From NCBI GenBank assembly GCA_016840405.1, contig JAEOSK010000038.1:1-25968 (forward strand): 25,968 nt of DNA. Direction: 5' to 3'. Under the pieces are notes generated by a model. It was not told the DNA's origin and ran no database searches. It saw nothing but the letters and a program-made list of their open reading frames with translations. A program made the position numbers and the translations under genes. Origin of the DNA: Candidatus Hermodarchaeum yapensis (GTDB lineage Archaea > Asgardarchaeota > Hermodarchaeia > Hermodarchaeales > Hermodarchaeaceae). Within the stretch, counting starts at the first letter, position 1. The number at the start of each line of letters is the position of its first letter. Positions 1 to 8,521 of this stretch are shown here, in pieces.

Positions 1-144
1 AATTGTTCGGGCAATCCGGACACGAAGTGTCGCTGTTACCAGGGGCATTGCTTCTTTGAGTTGCTCCTCAATGCTTGGTGCCTGGAAGTTAGCAATGTCG
101 TCCGGTCGAGCCCTCCCAGACGCTGTTGCTTTGTCGATTGCCAT
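1..144 (-). CDS. N-terminal part of a hypothetical protein, truncated by the window edge (MAIDKATASGRARPDDIANFQAPSIEEQLKEAMPLVTATLRVRIARTI...)
   Basis: ATG at 144-142 with an open frame to the window edge; in-frame TGA just upstream; TATA box at about 200-206. Confidence 0.65.
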   Translation of the reverse strand, partial: MAIDKATASGRARPDDIANFQAPSIEEQLKEAMPLVTATLRVRIARTI

Positions 145-147
145 TGC

Positions 148-192
148 TCATTGACCTTCATTGAGTTTCATTGACATTCATTCATCTTCATT
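148..192. repeat. Five TCATT units at an exact 10-bp period (three are TCATTGA); probable operator array
   Basis: TCATT begins at 148, 158, 168, 178 and 188, between the TATA box and the start codon. Confidence 0.6.
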
Positions 193-199
193 TTTTGCC

Positions 200-216
200 A
201 TATAAAGCTTCGCTTA
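200..216 (-). promoter_or_regulatory. Archaeal BRE/TATA promoter (AAGCTTTATAT)
   Basis: TTTATAT with a purine-rich upstream flank; the same 10-mer (TATAAAGCTT on +) recurs at 25501-25510. Confidence 0.6.
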
Positions 217-567
217 TCTTCGAAGGGGCGTTTAACAGCTTTAGAAAAGCTCATTACTCTCAAGGATTGAGTAGCCGAAACGTTTTGAAATGGATTGTCA
301 TGGAAAGGAATCCCAGATAAAAGGTGAATAATGGTTATTTTTTGAATTTGCTATTTTTGTCGGGATGTTTTCATGCAAAATGAACATTAAAATGCTCTAA
401 TTCAAAATCATCGAAAGGCTTCAATCAAAGCCAAGTCACGAGGAATAGTAAACATGCGCGCGCCATGCTCAATATTCAGAATGAAAAGGCCTAAAGAATA
501 ATGCAAAAAAAGGTTGTTAGTTTGAGGGACCGTCTTCACTCTTTTTGAGTTGGTGTTTCGTAGTAGA

Positions 568-1614
568 TTAGTCTTCCTCAGGTTCTTCAACTACTTCGAG
601 TTCAGCCTCAGTAGTTTGTGTGAGTACAGATTCCTGGGAGAGATAAGCGAGTAGTCGGAAGCGTTCCGATTCATAGTGGAGAAGGCTACGAAGGTGTTCT
701 AGAGTAAAATGTTGAGCACTTCGCCTAAATTCAGTAAAACTTGTGAGTTGTGTACGAAGAGTGTCGAGTTGAAGTTCTAAGAGTTTCGCTTGGAGGGCTC
801 GATCGTCGGTGAGGTTGAGAGCTTGCTTAGCTAGATCCATGCTAGGCTGGCTCAGGGGGGCAAGGTAGACTGGTGGTTTATTACTTAGATTGATGAAAAG
901 GTGGTGTTCTAGGTTATCAGGAGTAGTTAGAGTTCGGTAAACGTCTTGAGTGACACCAAGAAGTGTGGGACGTTTCAGTTGTTGTTGTTCTCGACTCTCG
1001 AGGATGCCTTGGGCGGTTTCGATATCGGAGATACCTGGCATATTGGGGACGGTGAAGGGGAGTACTTGATCGATGGCTTGGCTGAGTTCATCGAATTTTT
1101 TGGTTTTCACGCCAGTGATGATGATAGCATTGCCCACGAGGATATTCAGAAGAAGAACATCGAGAGTGACGTCAAAGGTCTGGAGAATATATTCTGCTGA
1201 AGTGATACGGCGGCGGGCGACTTGTGAGCGTTCATTGTGGGCTTTGAGGGCTTCATTGATGACCGGCATAAATGACTGGAAAGGTTTGATGTCGCCGCTC
1301 CAGTTTTTCAAATGGGACTCGTACTGATTGTAGAAAAGGACGTTAAGGCTGTGAAGGACCGCTTGCACTTCGAGTTCATCCGCATTCCCATCAGCGAGGC
1401 CGACGGTGATTAGGGGGTCAAGAACGTCGTAGTGGAAGCGGTAGTCACCGGCTCCAATGGTGGCGATTTCTTCTTTGATGGCTTCTTGACCGAATTCGCG
1501 GATAGCAGTGAGGAGTCCGGTGAGGAGGGTATGATCGAGTCTCACAACAGGGGAGGTACGAGAAAGGAGTGTTTCGCCCGATTGGAGGAAAATGAAGACT
1601 GAGTGCATTGTCAT
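568..1614 (-). CDS. Longin-domain + DENN-like (folliculin-like) protein; eukaryotic signature protein
   Basis: The first ~125 aa follow the longin pattern (HSVFIFLQSGETLLSR...LLTGLLTAIREFG...LFYNQY...WSGDIKPFQSF). This is followed by cDENN-like LLLNILVGNAIIITG...AIDQVLPF...PTLLGV and a helical tail. Confidence 0.7.
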   Translation of the reverse strand: MTMHSVFIFLQSGETLLSRTSPVVRLDHTLLTGLLTAIREFGQEAIKEEIATIGAGDYRFHYDVLDPLITVGLADGNADELEVQAVLHSLNVLFYNQYESHLKNWSGDIKPFQSFMPVINEALKAHNERSQVARRRITSAEYILQTFDVTLDVLLLNILVGNAIIITGVKTKKFDELSQAIDQVLPFTVPNMPGISDIETAQGILESREQQQLKRPTLLGVTQDVYRTLTTPDNLEHHLFINLSNKPPVYLAPLSQPSMDLAKQALNLTDDRALQAKLLELQLDTLRTQLTSFTEFRRSAQHFTLEHLRSLLHYESERFRLLAYLSQESVLTQTTEAELEVVEEPEED

Positions 1615-1803
1615 TGGGTGACCGCCCTTCTGCCATGACCCCTGGTGTGATGTTGGTGTTTAGGCTTTGTTTCTGGACAATTAAAGGTTTCCTTAATTTC
1701 ATGGAATTCTTTTCTGATTTTGTTAGTAGTTGTGCCATTAGTCTTTTATCCAATAAAGGCGTCATTGGTCCAATTAGAATGCGTATACGGATCATGGTGA
1801 ACT

Positions 1804-2874
1804 ATGATGTCTGAGGATTCACTTCGGAAATTATTACCAAAGTTATCAGAAGCGATTGGAATCTCAGGATATGAGGTTGAAGCCCGTGATGTCATTCGTA
1901 AGGAAGTGGAAGACCTTGTTGATGAGGTTTGGGTTGATGCCTTGGGTAATTTGTTAGCAGTGCGTAAGGGTAAGCAGGAGCATCCCAGGATTCTCCTTGA
2001 TGCTCATGTCGATGAAATCGGATTTATCGTCCGATACGTCCACGATAATGGGTTCCTCCGGTTAACCCCCATTGGAGGGTGGGATCCCAGAATTTTACCA
2101 GGACACCGTGTAGCACTTCGCCCTGCTGGTACTGACCCATCCAATCGTGTCTATGGAGTTATTGGCGCCACACCCCCACATCTAACGACAGCTGCCCAAC
2201 GTGAGAAAGTGATCTCTATTGAGGATCTTTATGTTGATATTGGCGTGTTTTCAAAGGAAACTGTTGAAGAGATGGGTATACGAATCGGCACACAGATGAC
2301 GGTGTGGCAACCTTACATCGAAATGCCGGGTGACACGGTGTCAGGAAAGGCCTTTGATGACCGAGTGGGCTGTTTAGTTATCATTGAAGTGCTTCGACGG
2401 CTAGTGAAGAATGGTGATCATAAATCAACAGTGGCGGCAAATTTTGCCGTGGCGGAAGAGGTGGGCGGTCGTGGAGCTCGGACAGGCGCTTACACCCTTG
2501 AACCTGATGTTGCAATCGCTTTGGAGTGTACATCAGCAGGTGATATGCCCGGAATTCCAAAAGAGAAATCACCGACCCAATTGGGACAAGGGCCTGCCCT
2601 TACAGTAGCGGATCGCAACCTCATTGTTCATCCGCAGGTTCTAGCCACTTTAGAGAAGGTCGCGGAAAAAGAGAACATTACCTATCAAATCAAACAACCC
2701 CTGGGAGGCGGTACCGATGGTGGACCTATTTCTCAAACCCGTCATGGTGTGCCGACAGGAGTGGTATCAGTTCCATGTCGGTACATTCATTCAGCCATTT
2801 CACTGCTCCAGTTACGTGACATCATGGCTACTATAGATCTGGTTTACGGTTTCACTCAAACTTGGAAACCTTAG
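1804..2874 (+). CDS. M42 family (TET/FrvX) metallo-aminopeptidase
   Basis: DAHVDEIG, GKAFDDRVG, EEVGGRGA, GGTDGG and PCRYIHS motifs; SD GGTGA. Confidence 0.95.
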   Translation: MMSEDSLRKLLPKLSEAIGISGYEVEARDVIRKEVEDLVDEVWVDALGNLLAVRKGKQEHPRILLDAHVDEIGFIVRYVHDNGFLRLTPIGGWDPRILPGHRVALRPAGTDPSNRVYGVIGATPPHLTTAAQREKVISIEDLYVDIGVFSKETVEEMGIRIGTQMTVWQPYIEMPGDTVSGKAFDDRVGCLVIIEVLRRLVKNGDHKSTVAANFAVAEEVGGRGARTGAYTLEPDVAIALECTSAGDMPGIPKEKSPTQLGQGPALTVADRNLIVHPQVLATLEKVAEKENITYQIKQPLGGGTDGGPISQTRHGVPTGVVSVPCRYIHSAISLLQLRDIMATIDLVYGFTQTWKP

Positions 2875-2885
2875 GAGGGATGTAA

Positions 2886-3314
2886 TTGTCAATTCCTACA
2901 GTCGAGGAATTATTGAGAGGAGAAAATACCATATTCTTGGCGACAGCTGAAGGGGACCAACCCCGCGTTCGTCCTGTGACCTTGGTGGAAAATGCTGGAG
3001 AGCTCTTTGTTTTAACAGCGTTGAAAGATGCAAAAGTGGCTCAGATTAAAAAGAATGAGAAGGTGGAAGTTGTCAGGCTCTTACGATTTGAAGAAGATGG
3101 AGGGTATGTGCGTTTCAGTGCTAGTGCAAAGATTATTGATAATCCCAAGATTCGTGAGCGGTTAGCGAAGGCAACCTCATTTTTTTCAACGTATTTCAAG
3201 TCAGTAGATGATCCTAATTTCGTGTTGTTGCATCTAGCCCCGGTGAAAATTGAATATATGAAACCGGGACAAATGTATCCGGATTCTGTCGAAAAACTTG
3301 ATTTCACAAAGTAA
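2886..3314 (+). CDS. Pyridoxamine 5'-phosphate oxidase-like FMN-binding split-barrel protein (general stress protein 26-like)
   Basis: FLATAEGDQPRVRPV and KVAQIKKNEKVEV motifs; SD GGAGG with TTG start. Confidence 0.85.
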   Translation: MSIPTVEELLRGENTIFLATAEGDQPRVRPVTLVENAGELFVLTALKDAKVAQIKKNEKVEVVRLLRFEEDGGYVRFSASAKIIDNPKIRERLAKATSFFSTYFKSVDDPNFVLLHLAPVKIEYMKPGQMYPDSVEKLDFTK

Positions 3315-3437
3315 CAGGTAGAATTCGTCTTGATGGGTAAGTTATTTCTATGTGCGTCGGTACAGTCTGATTGTTCGGGACCATACGAGGTTAGCTTAAT
3401 CCTAAGGTGGACCGGTGTGGGTACGGTGAGTTAAGCA

Positions 3438-5597
3438 ATGGAACAGAATAGAAGCGAACCCGAGATAACTACTCGTATTGCTCAGCCATTGCTAAAACTT
3501 GAGGGGAATAGTATCAAAGTCGAGGGACAACAACTTCCCTTGTATAGTGGGTCCGTTGATTATTGGCGAATTCCTCGAGATAAGTGGGAAGGTGTCTTAG
3601 AACGCATCAGTGCCCTAGGATTCCGGTTCATTTCCACCGCTGTTCCATGGAATCTCCATGAAGTTGCGAGTGACCTTTTTGATTTTGGAACAACTGATAA
3701 ACAGCGAGATATCGAAGGGTTCCTGACCCTCTGTCGAGAAAAAGGACTGTATGTGACCGTTCGACCTGGTCCCAATGTAAATGCTGAACTGAATTATTAT
3801 GGATATCCGAAACGTATCCTCTATGATCCAGAAATTCAGGCAGTGTCGGCTTTTGGTACTCGGGTGATTATTCCTGCGACTCCAAATCCGTTTCCGATGC
3901 CTAGCTATGCAAGTGAAAAATTCTATGATGAAGTAACGAAGTTTTTTGATGCCATCTGTCCTATTTTTGCCCGGCATCTAGCCCCTGGTGGTGCGATTGC
4001 TGGCGTTCAGATTGACAATGAATTGCCACTGTTATTTATGAATGGACCTTTTAGTGCGGATTACTCAGTTCATGCTATCCGCTGGTACCATGAATTCTTG
4101 GAAGGTAAATATCCCTCGATTGGGGCGATTAACAGGGCGTATCGAACACGGTATGGCAACTTCACAGATATTGAACCCCCGCGAGCCTTAGCCACCACAG
4201 AGCGCGAGGCGTTACCTCGATACTTGGATTGGATGGAGTTTCAGGAATATTATGTGGGCTTAGCACTGAGTGTGCTTGCCAGCCTGTTATGGTCACGAGG
4301 AGTACGAGGCGTTATCTCGTTTCACAATTCTCGGAATATCCTGCCCATACTCCCCCTTAATGTTGGAAAAACTGAACGGGAACTGGATATCCAGGGAGCA
4401 GGGCTATATTTGGGTAAAGCCCGATATGATGAAATTCGACGCGGAATCCTCTATCTCAATACCGTGAGTCGTCTACCATTCTTATCTGAAGGAGGATTGG
4501 GGACCTGGCCTTGGGGTCCACCGCTTGACAGGAGTGATCAGGAATTTGCGTTACTTGTCGCGATTATGCATGGCGTCCGAGGATTCAATGCCCATATGTT
4601 GGTTGAGCGTAATCGCTGGCTTGGAAGTCCAATCTCGAACACTGGGACTGTTGATGAAACTCAATTTGCCTTTTTGAAGCGACTACTCACGATTTTACAT
4701 GAAGTGGAATTTCATACATTGCAACGAAATGTGCCGGTTCTACTTTTCCGTAATTTTGAATATGAGCGGCTTTCAGGGCTTTGTACTAGCTCGAATTGGT
4801 TAACTCAGCTTCTAGGAATTCCCACCGAATTGTTGTTGAATAATCGAACCTTTAGCTACACTGAAACTATCCAAAAAGCCTACCCTGCCATGTGGGAGGC
4901 GTTCTACTGGGGTTTATCCCGATCAAAGACACCTTTTCTAATTGGCGATACGGATATGGATCGTCCCGCCCTCAGTCACTTTCAGACAATTTTTCTCCCA
5001 AGTTTTGACTTTATGTCAGTAGAATTGCAGGAAAAGATCTTGGAATATGTCGAACGAGGTGGTTCTGTCGTTCTGGGTCCGGAGATTCCCTATCTTGGCA
5101 CCGATATGCGAGGGTGCACGATTCTGGGAGACACTGCGGGTCTACAAGCGCCAAGTACACGACGTCCCTTAGTTGGATTGCATGAGCCGTTTAGTTTAGA
5201 AAATGGGCAAGTGCGAGTGGGTACCCGTCCTGCAGGGACAATCAAGTCCTATGGTAAGGGTACGTTTATCTACTTGGGGATATCCCTTCCGCCATTCACT
5301 TTCCGGGATGAGGCAACCGAAGCCGAGAATGTTGCCACCCAAATTTTACAGCAGTTGAAGGTGGAACCGGTGGGTGATGTTCAAAACTTCGCAGTTGATG
5401 AGGTGTATTGGGGGACTCGGGCACCACGTGTCATTTTCCAAGCGAATCCGACTAACCAGCCCCAATCCGCGAGAATTAGGGTTGCCCAAAGAGCCCTTCT
5501 TCGTGATTTATGGACAGGTGAACAACTTGCCCAACGAGGTCCACAAGAAATCGCTTTGAACCCGTATGAGGTCCGTATTTTTGAGGTGATTCGATGA
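3438..5597 (+). CDS. GH35/GH42-type glycosidase (beta-galactosidase or GlmA-like exo-beta-glucosaminidase)
   Basis: SGSVDYWR, VPWNLHE, VRPGPNVNAE, QIDNE (acid/base) and PFLSE (nucleophile); C-terminal trimerisation-type domain (EYVERGGSVVLGP); no signal peptide. Confidence 0.88.
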   Translation: MEQNRSEPEITTRIAQPLLKLEGNSIKVEGQQLPLYSGSVDYWRIPRDKWEGVLERISALGFRFISTAVPWNLHEVASDLFDFGTTDKQRDIEGFLTLCREKGLYVTVRPGPNVNAELNYYGYPKRILYDPEIQAVSAFGTRVIIPATPNPFPMPSYASEKFYDEVTKFFDAICPIFARHLAPGGAIAGVQIDNELPLLFMNGPFSADYSVHAIRWYHEFLEGKYPSIGAINRAYRTRYGNFTDIEPPRALATTEREALPRYLDWMEFQEYYVGLALSVLASLLWSRGVRGVISFHNSRNILPILPLNVGKTERELDIQGAGLYLGKARYDEIRRGILYLNTVSRLPFLSEGGLGTWPWGPPLDRSDQEFALLVAIMHGVRGFNAHMLVERNRWLGSPISNTGTVDETQFAFLKRLLTILHEVEFHTLQRNVPVLLFRNFEYERLSGLCTSSNWLTQLLGIPTELLLNNRTFSYTETIQKAYPAMWEAFYWGLSRSKTPFLIGDTDMDRPALSHFQTIFLPSFDFMSVELQEKILEYVERGGSVVLGPEIPYLGTDMRGCTILGDTAGLQAPSTRRPLVGLHEPFSLENGQVRVGTRPAGTIKSYGKGTFIYLGISLPPFTFRDEATEAENVATQILQQLKVEPVGDVQNFAVDEVYWGTRAPRVIFQANPTNQPQSARIRVAQRALLRDLWTGEQLAQRGPQEIALNPYEVRIFEVIR

Positions 5598-6385
5598 GAA
5601 GGCTCGATGAGAACTATGAGTTTTTCAATGTGGACGTCTCCCAATGGTTAAACCTCCTTTCTACGCTTCCCGAGTTATCAAGCGAACGTGGAATTCTCTA
5701 TTTGTTATATCAAGGGTCTGAAATCACTCAAGCGTTCCATTCGTTGCAAGGGATTCGACCAGACTTAACCGGACCCTTTTCTTCGCCAGCCATTGCTATT
5801 CGACAATTACAAGAAAGCGAATCTGTAGACGCTGTGATCATGTTCGAACAAGGATTAGCTGTGTACCTGTTAGCAAAAATTCAAGCCGCTTTTACTCCCG
5901 AAATGGATATCCTACAATACCTTGAACTCGCCCAAGATAGTATCGACGAAGAGTTCGGTCGTCGATTCCATGTTTGGCCCCAAGAGTTCTGGGGGAAAGG
6001 CATGTTCTCACTATTCCAACGCATCCGAACACTCCTAGACGAGTTACCTCCTGATTTTCTCTTTGTGTTGGCCATCTTTGAAGGAAAACAAATATGGACC
6101 AGCCTTATCGTCGAACGAATAGCTGGACAAATTCGTCGGATTACAACGACTCGACAACTAGCACCAAAGAGTTTTGAAACCAGTGAATGGCAAACCGATT
6201 ATAAGAACCTCCTTCAGGCAGTATCGCAACAAATCAACCCACCCACCCTTGGCTTTTTTACCGATGATGAAACACTGCGATTTATTCTGCAAAGCGAGTC
6301 GCCTCTCGATTTCATACGACAAGCCCGTCAAAGGGGACTCATAATAATTGATCCGATTCCTTCTCGAATCAAAAGTCGGTTATAG
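5594..6385 (+). CDS. Hypothetical protein translationally coupled to the glycosidase
   Basis: 263 aa globular-looking ORF; ATGA overlap; SD GAGGTGA. Confidence 0.8.
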   Translation: MRRLDENYEFFNVDVSQWLNLLSTLPELSSERGILYLLYQGSEITQAFHSLQGIRPDLTGPFSSPAIAIRQLQESESVDAVIMFEQGLAVYLLAKIQAAFTPEMDILQYLELAQDSIDEEFGRRFHVWPQEFWGKGMFSLFQRIRTLLDELPPDFLFVLAIFEGKQIWTSLIVERIAGQIRRITTTRQLAPKSFETSEWQTDYKNLLQAVSQQINPPTLGFFTDDETLRFILQSESPLDFIRQARQRGLIIIDPIPSRIKSRL

Positions 6386-7348
6386 CGGTAACTGAATAGC
6401 ACGGCGTCTTTGTCTGATAGACAACCAAAGAGCAACAACTGCAACTAAAGTCACGATGGTTACTAAGATTACTCCAATTTCTGCCGGTGACAACATACTT
6501 GGTATCATTGGCGGATCGCCTGGTTCCACCTCTAACGAGAAGTTTCCTGGATAGCCATCATCGATGACTGGTTGTGGGGCAGTATCGTTACATGAATCCG
6601 CATAATCCGGAAAGGCAGGAAACACCACTGATGTGATGTATTCTTGACTCAGTGGTGAGGCAAAGGTAAAGGCTTCTTCCACGCAAATCTCCCCGTTGCT
6701 GTCTTGATCCGCTGAAGCATTGACCAAAGCATTCGTGAAAAAGTGGTTGAAGACTTCGCCAATAATTGGAAGACCTTCCTCAGGTAACCCAGCCCAAGCA
6801 TATCCTCCATCCTTTTGTGCGGCAGCTAAGTGAATATGTGGAGCTGAATCACTGGCTAGTGGTTCAATTATTTCTTCAGAATTACATGCTGAAACCACAA
6901 GCAGCTTTTCCTGACTCTGGAGTCCTGCCCATCGTGTGGGAAACCACAAATGCCATTGCATGTGGTCACGAATCCAATTTCCATGGGCAAAGATAAAGAA
7001 GAGCACGACATCATTGGCGTCTGCATTGAGAGCTAGAAATTGGAGAGCTGTCTCACCTACATACTGATCGAGGAATCCATGAAAGAATTGAATATGATGG
7101 GTTTGCCAGCCCAAGGAGTGAAGAGTAGCGTTCCATTTTGTTGAATCTGAGAAATCGGTGGATAAGTCTGTAATTGGTTCTGGATAATCATTCATCTCTA
7201 ACAGGACGGCCCAACCTTCACGCAAATTTGGTTGAGATTGAACGGTTATGGTTCCTCGCAAACCTAATTGTGAAAAGCACAATAATGACCCAAGGAATAT
7301 AACAAAGATAACCGTACACTGAGTCCGGGAGACGTGAAGAGCAGTCAC
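6380..7348 (-). CDS. Secreted, C-terminally anchored caspase-hemoglobinase-fold (C14/C13-like) cysteine peptidase
   Basis: WAVLL first strand, DVVLFFIFAHG (His), LLVVSACNS (Cys) and ADQDSNGEICVEEAF loop; N-terminal hydrophobic signal; C-terminal TM helix plus RQRRR. Confidence 0.8.
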   Translation of the reverse strand: MTALHVSRTQCTVIFVIFLGSLLCFSQLGLRGTITVQSQPNLREGWAVLLEMNDYPEPITDLSTDFSDSTKWNATLHSLGWQTHHIQFFHGFLDQYVGETALQFLALNADANDVVLFFIFAHGNWIRDHMQWHLWFPTRWAGLQSQEKLLVVSACNSEEIIEPLASDSAPHIHLAAAQKDGGYAWAGLPEEGLPIIGEVFNHFFTNALVNASADQDSNGEICVEEAFTFASPLSQEYITSVVFPAFPDYADSCNDTAPQPVIDDGYPGNFSLEVEPGDPPMIPSMLSPAEIGVILVTIVTLVAVVALWLSIRQRRRAIQLPL

Positions 7349-7465
7349 GAAGAATACTCGCTTACGATTACTCTTCTAATTTTCCTTTGGGGGCAAAATC
7401 GTTCAGAGAAACTAAGGTTTAGAAAAAAAAGAGGAACTACCCAAAGCACGACCCTTGCTATGGTT

Positions 7466-8404
7466 CTACAATTTTTCGAGACACAGATGAACCAATTTTT
7501 TGTCCTTATTTTGAAGTGTGCCTAGAATTTTCCCCTTGCTCTGGGTAGTTCCTTTTCCATCCTCTATATCCAATCGCTGACTGAGACGTCGCAGCTCCTT
7601 CATCATATTTGATCGAAGAGAAGTCACCTTCTTCTTCGGAGTGGCTTTAGGAGCAGCAATTTCATAGGCGAAACGTCCCATCAAATGACTGTGAAAATGT
7701 TGGTAAGTATCAGGACTATCAAAAATCTCAATAGTTTGCACTTGCCCCTCACTAATGACTGCAAGCCCCACCTGTTGTTCCTGAGGAACAACTTTATCCA
7801 ATTCACCTTGAATCGCTTTGGCAGCTTGTTCTTGAACATCACTAAGACGTGAAGAACTTTCATCTATGTCCAAAAGGGGTTTACCGGCAATGCGACTAGC
7901 CTTGAGCTTATCTCGGTGTTTCCGAACCTTGGACCAAACACGATCTTGTCCCGCTTCACTCTGAGCGATGGAAAGACCCCGAACACCGGGTGACGCAACA
8001 GAATAATGCTCAACATCTGTCATGAGACATTGGTATTTACGAATCGGATGCACATCATGAGTACAACGACAAGGGAGTTCCACTTTCGTTTGCGGTGGAA
8101 CCAAGTGGCTACCTATGATAATTCGTGACTGGGTTCCTTTGGCATGGACATCCATTCCTGCAATGAAGAGTACAGGTTGCGTTGCACGGTTAATGACGAG
8201 GACTGCGTCAATTCGTCCGGAATCCACGAGCTCTAATAGGCCTTTTTGTAAAGCCTCATGTGCCGTGATATACTCTCGTTGCTGAGTCTTTTCATTCTGG
8301 AGAATTGGAATGAAAAGGGCGTTGCCTATGGGTTGGGTTTCTCCAAGTTCTAGTGATTCGAAGGTGTCGATGAGATCTGATAGTGTTTCAATTGTTTCGG
8401 TTAT
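7466..8404 (-). CDS. ARPP-1 / DUF6569 family protein (extended upstream of the ORF-track start at 8227)
   Basis: LELGETQPIGNALFIPI...YITAHEALQKG (upstream of 8227, same frame), then VLVINRATQPVLFIAG, TQSRII and LVPP..ELPCRC; SD GGTGA 6 nt before ATA at 8404. Confidence 0.72.
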   Translation of the reverse strand: MTETIETLSDLIDTFESLELGETQPIGNALFIPILQNEKTQQREYITAHEALQKGLLELVDSGRIDAVLVINRATQPVLFIAGMDVHAKGTQSRIIIGSHLVPPQTKVELPCRCTHDVHPIRKYQCLMTDVEHYSVASPGVRGLSIAQSEAGQDRVWSKVRKHRDKLKASRIAGKPLLDIDESSSRLSDVQEQAAKAIQGELDKVVPQEQQVGLAVISEGQVQTIEIFDSPDTYQHFHSHLMGRFAYEIAAPKATPKKKVTSLRSNMMKELRRLSQRLDIEDGKGTTQSKGKILGTLQNKDKKLVHLCLEKL

Positions 8405-8433
8405 TGTTTTTCACCATTCCATTATATGTAATA

Positions 8434-8448
8434 TGTAATTTAATTACA
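8434..8448. promoter_or_regulatory. Perfect inverted repeat TGTAATT-T-AATTACA; candidate operator over the predicted TSS
   Basis: 7-bp arms located 15-30 nt downstream of the TATA box (TTTTTATA, 8463-8470, minus strand). Confidence 0.5.
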
Positions 8449-8521
8449 ATTAACACTTTGAGTATAAAAAGTTATGGACAACCGCTGAAAGAGAACGCGA
8501 ACAATCCAAGAGACGCACTAT

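Noticed and set aside
148-192. Possible CRISPR array or iterons
   Set aside because: Units are only 5-7 bp with no spacers; no cas or rep genes in the window
210-567. Long AT-rich intergenic region as an origin or RNA gene; ORF 408-590
   Set aside because: No ORB repeats, tRNA fold or convincing coding signal seen
3390-3437. GCTTAA/TTAAGC pairing near the GH35 SD
   Set aside because: Short, weak stem that cannot be distinguished from chance
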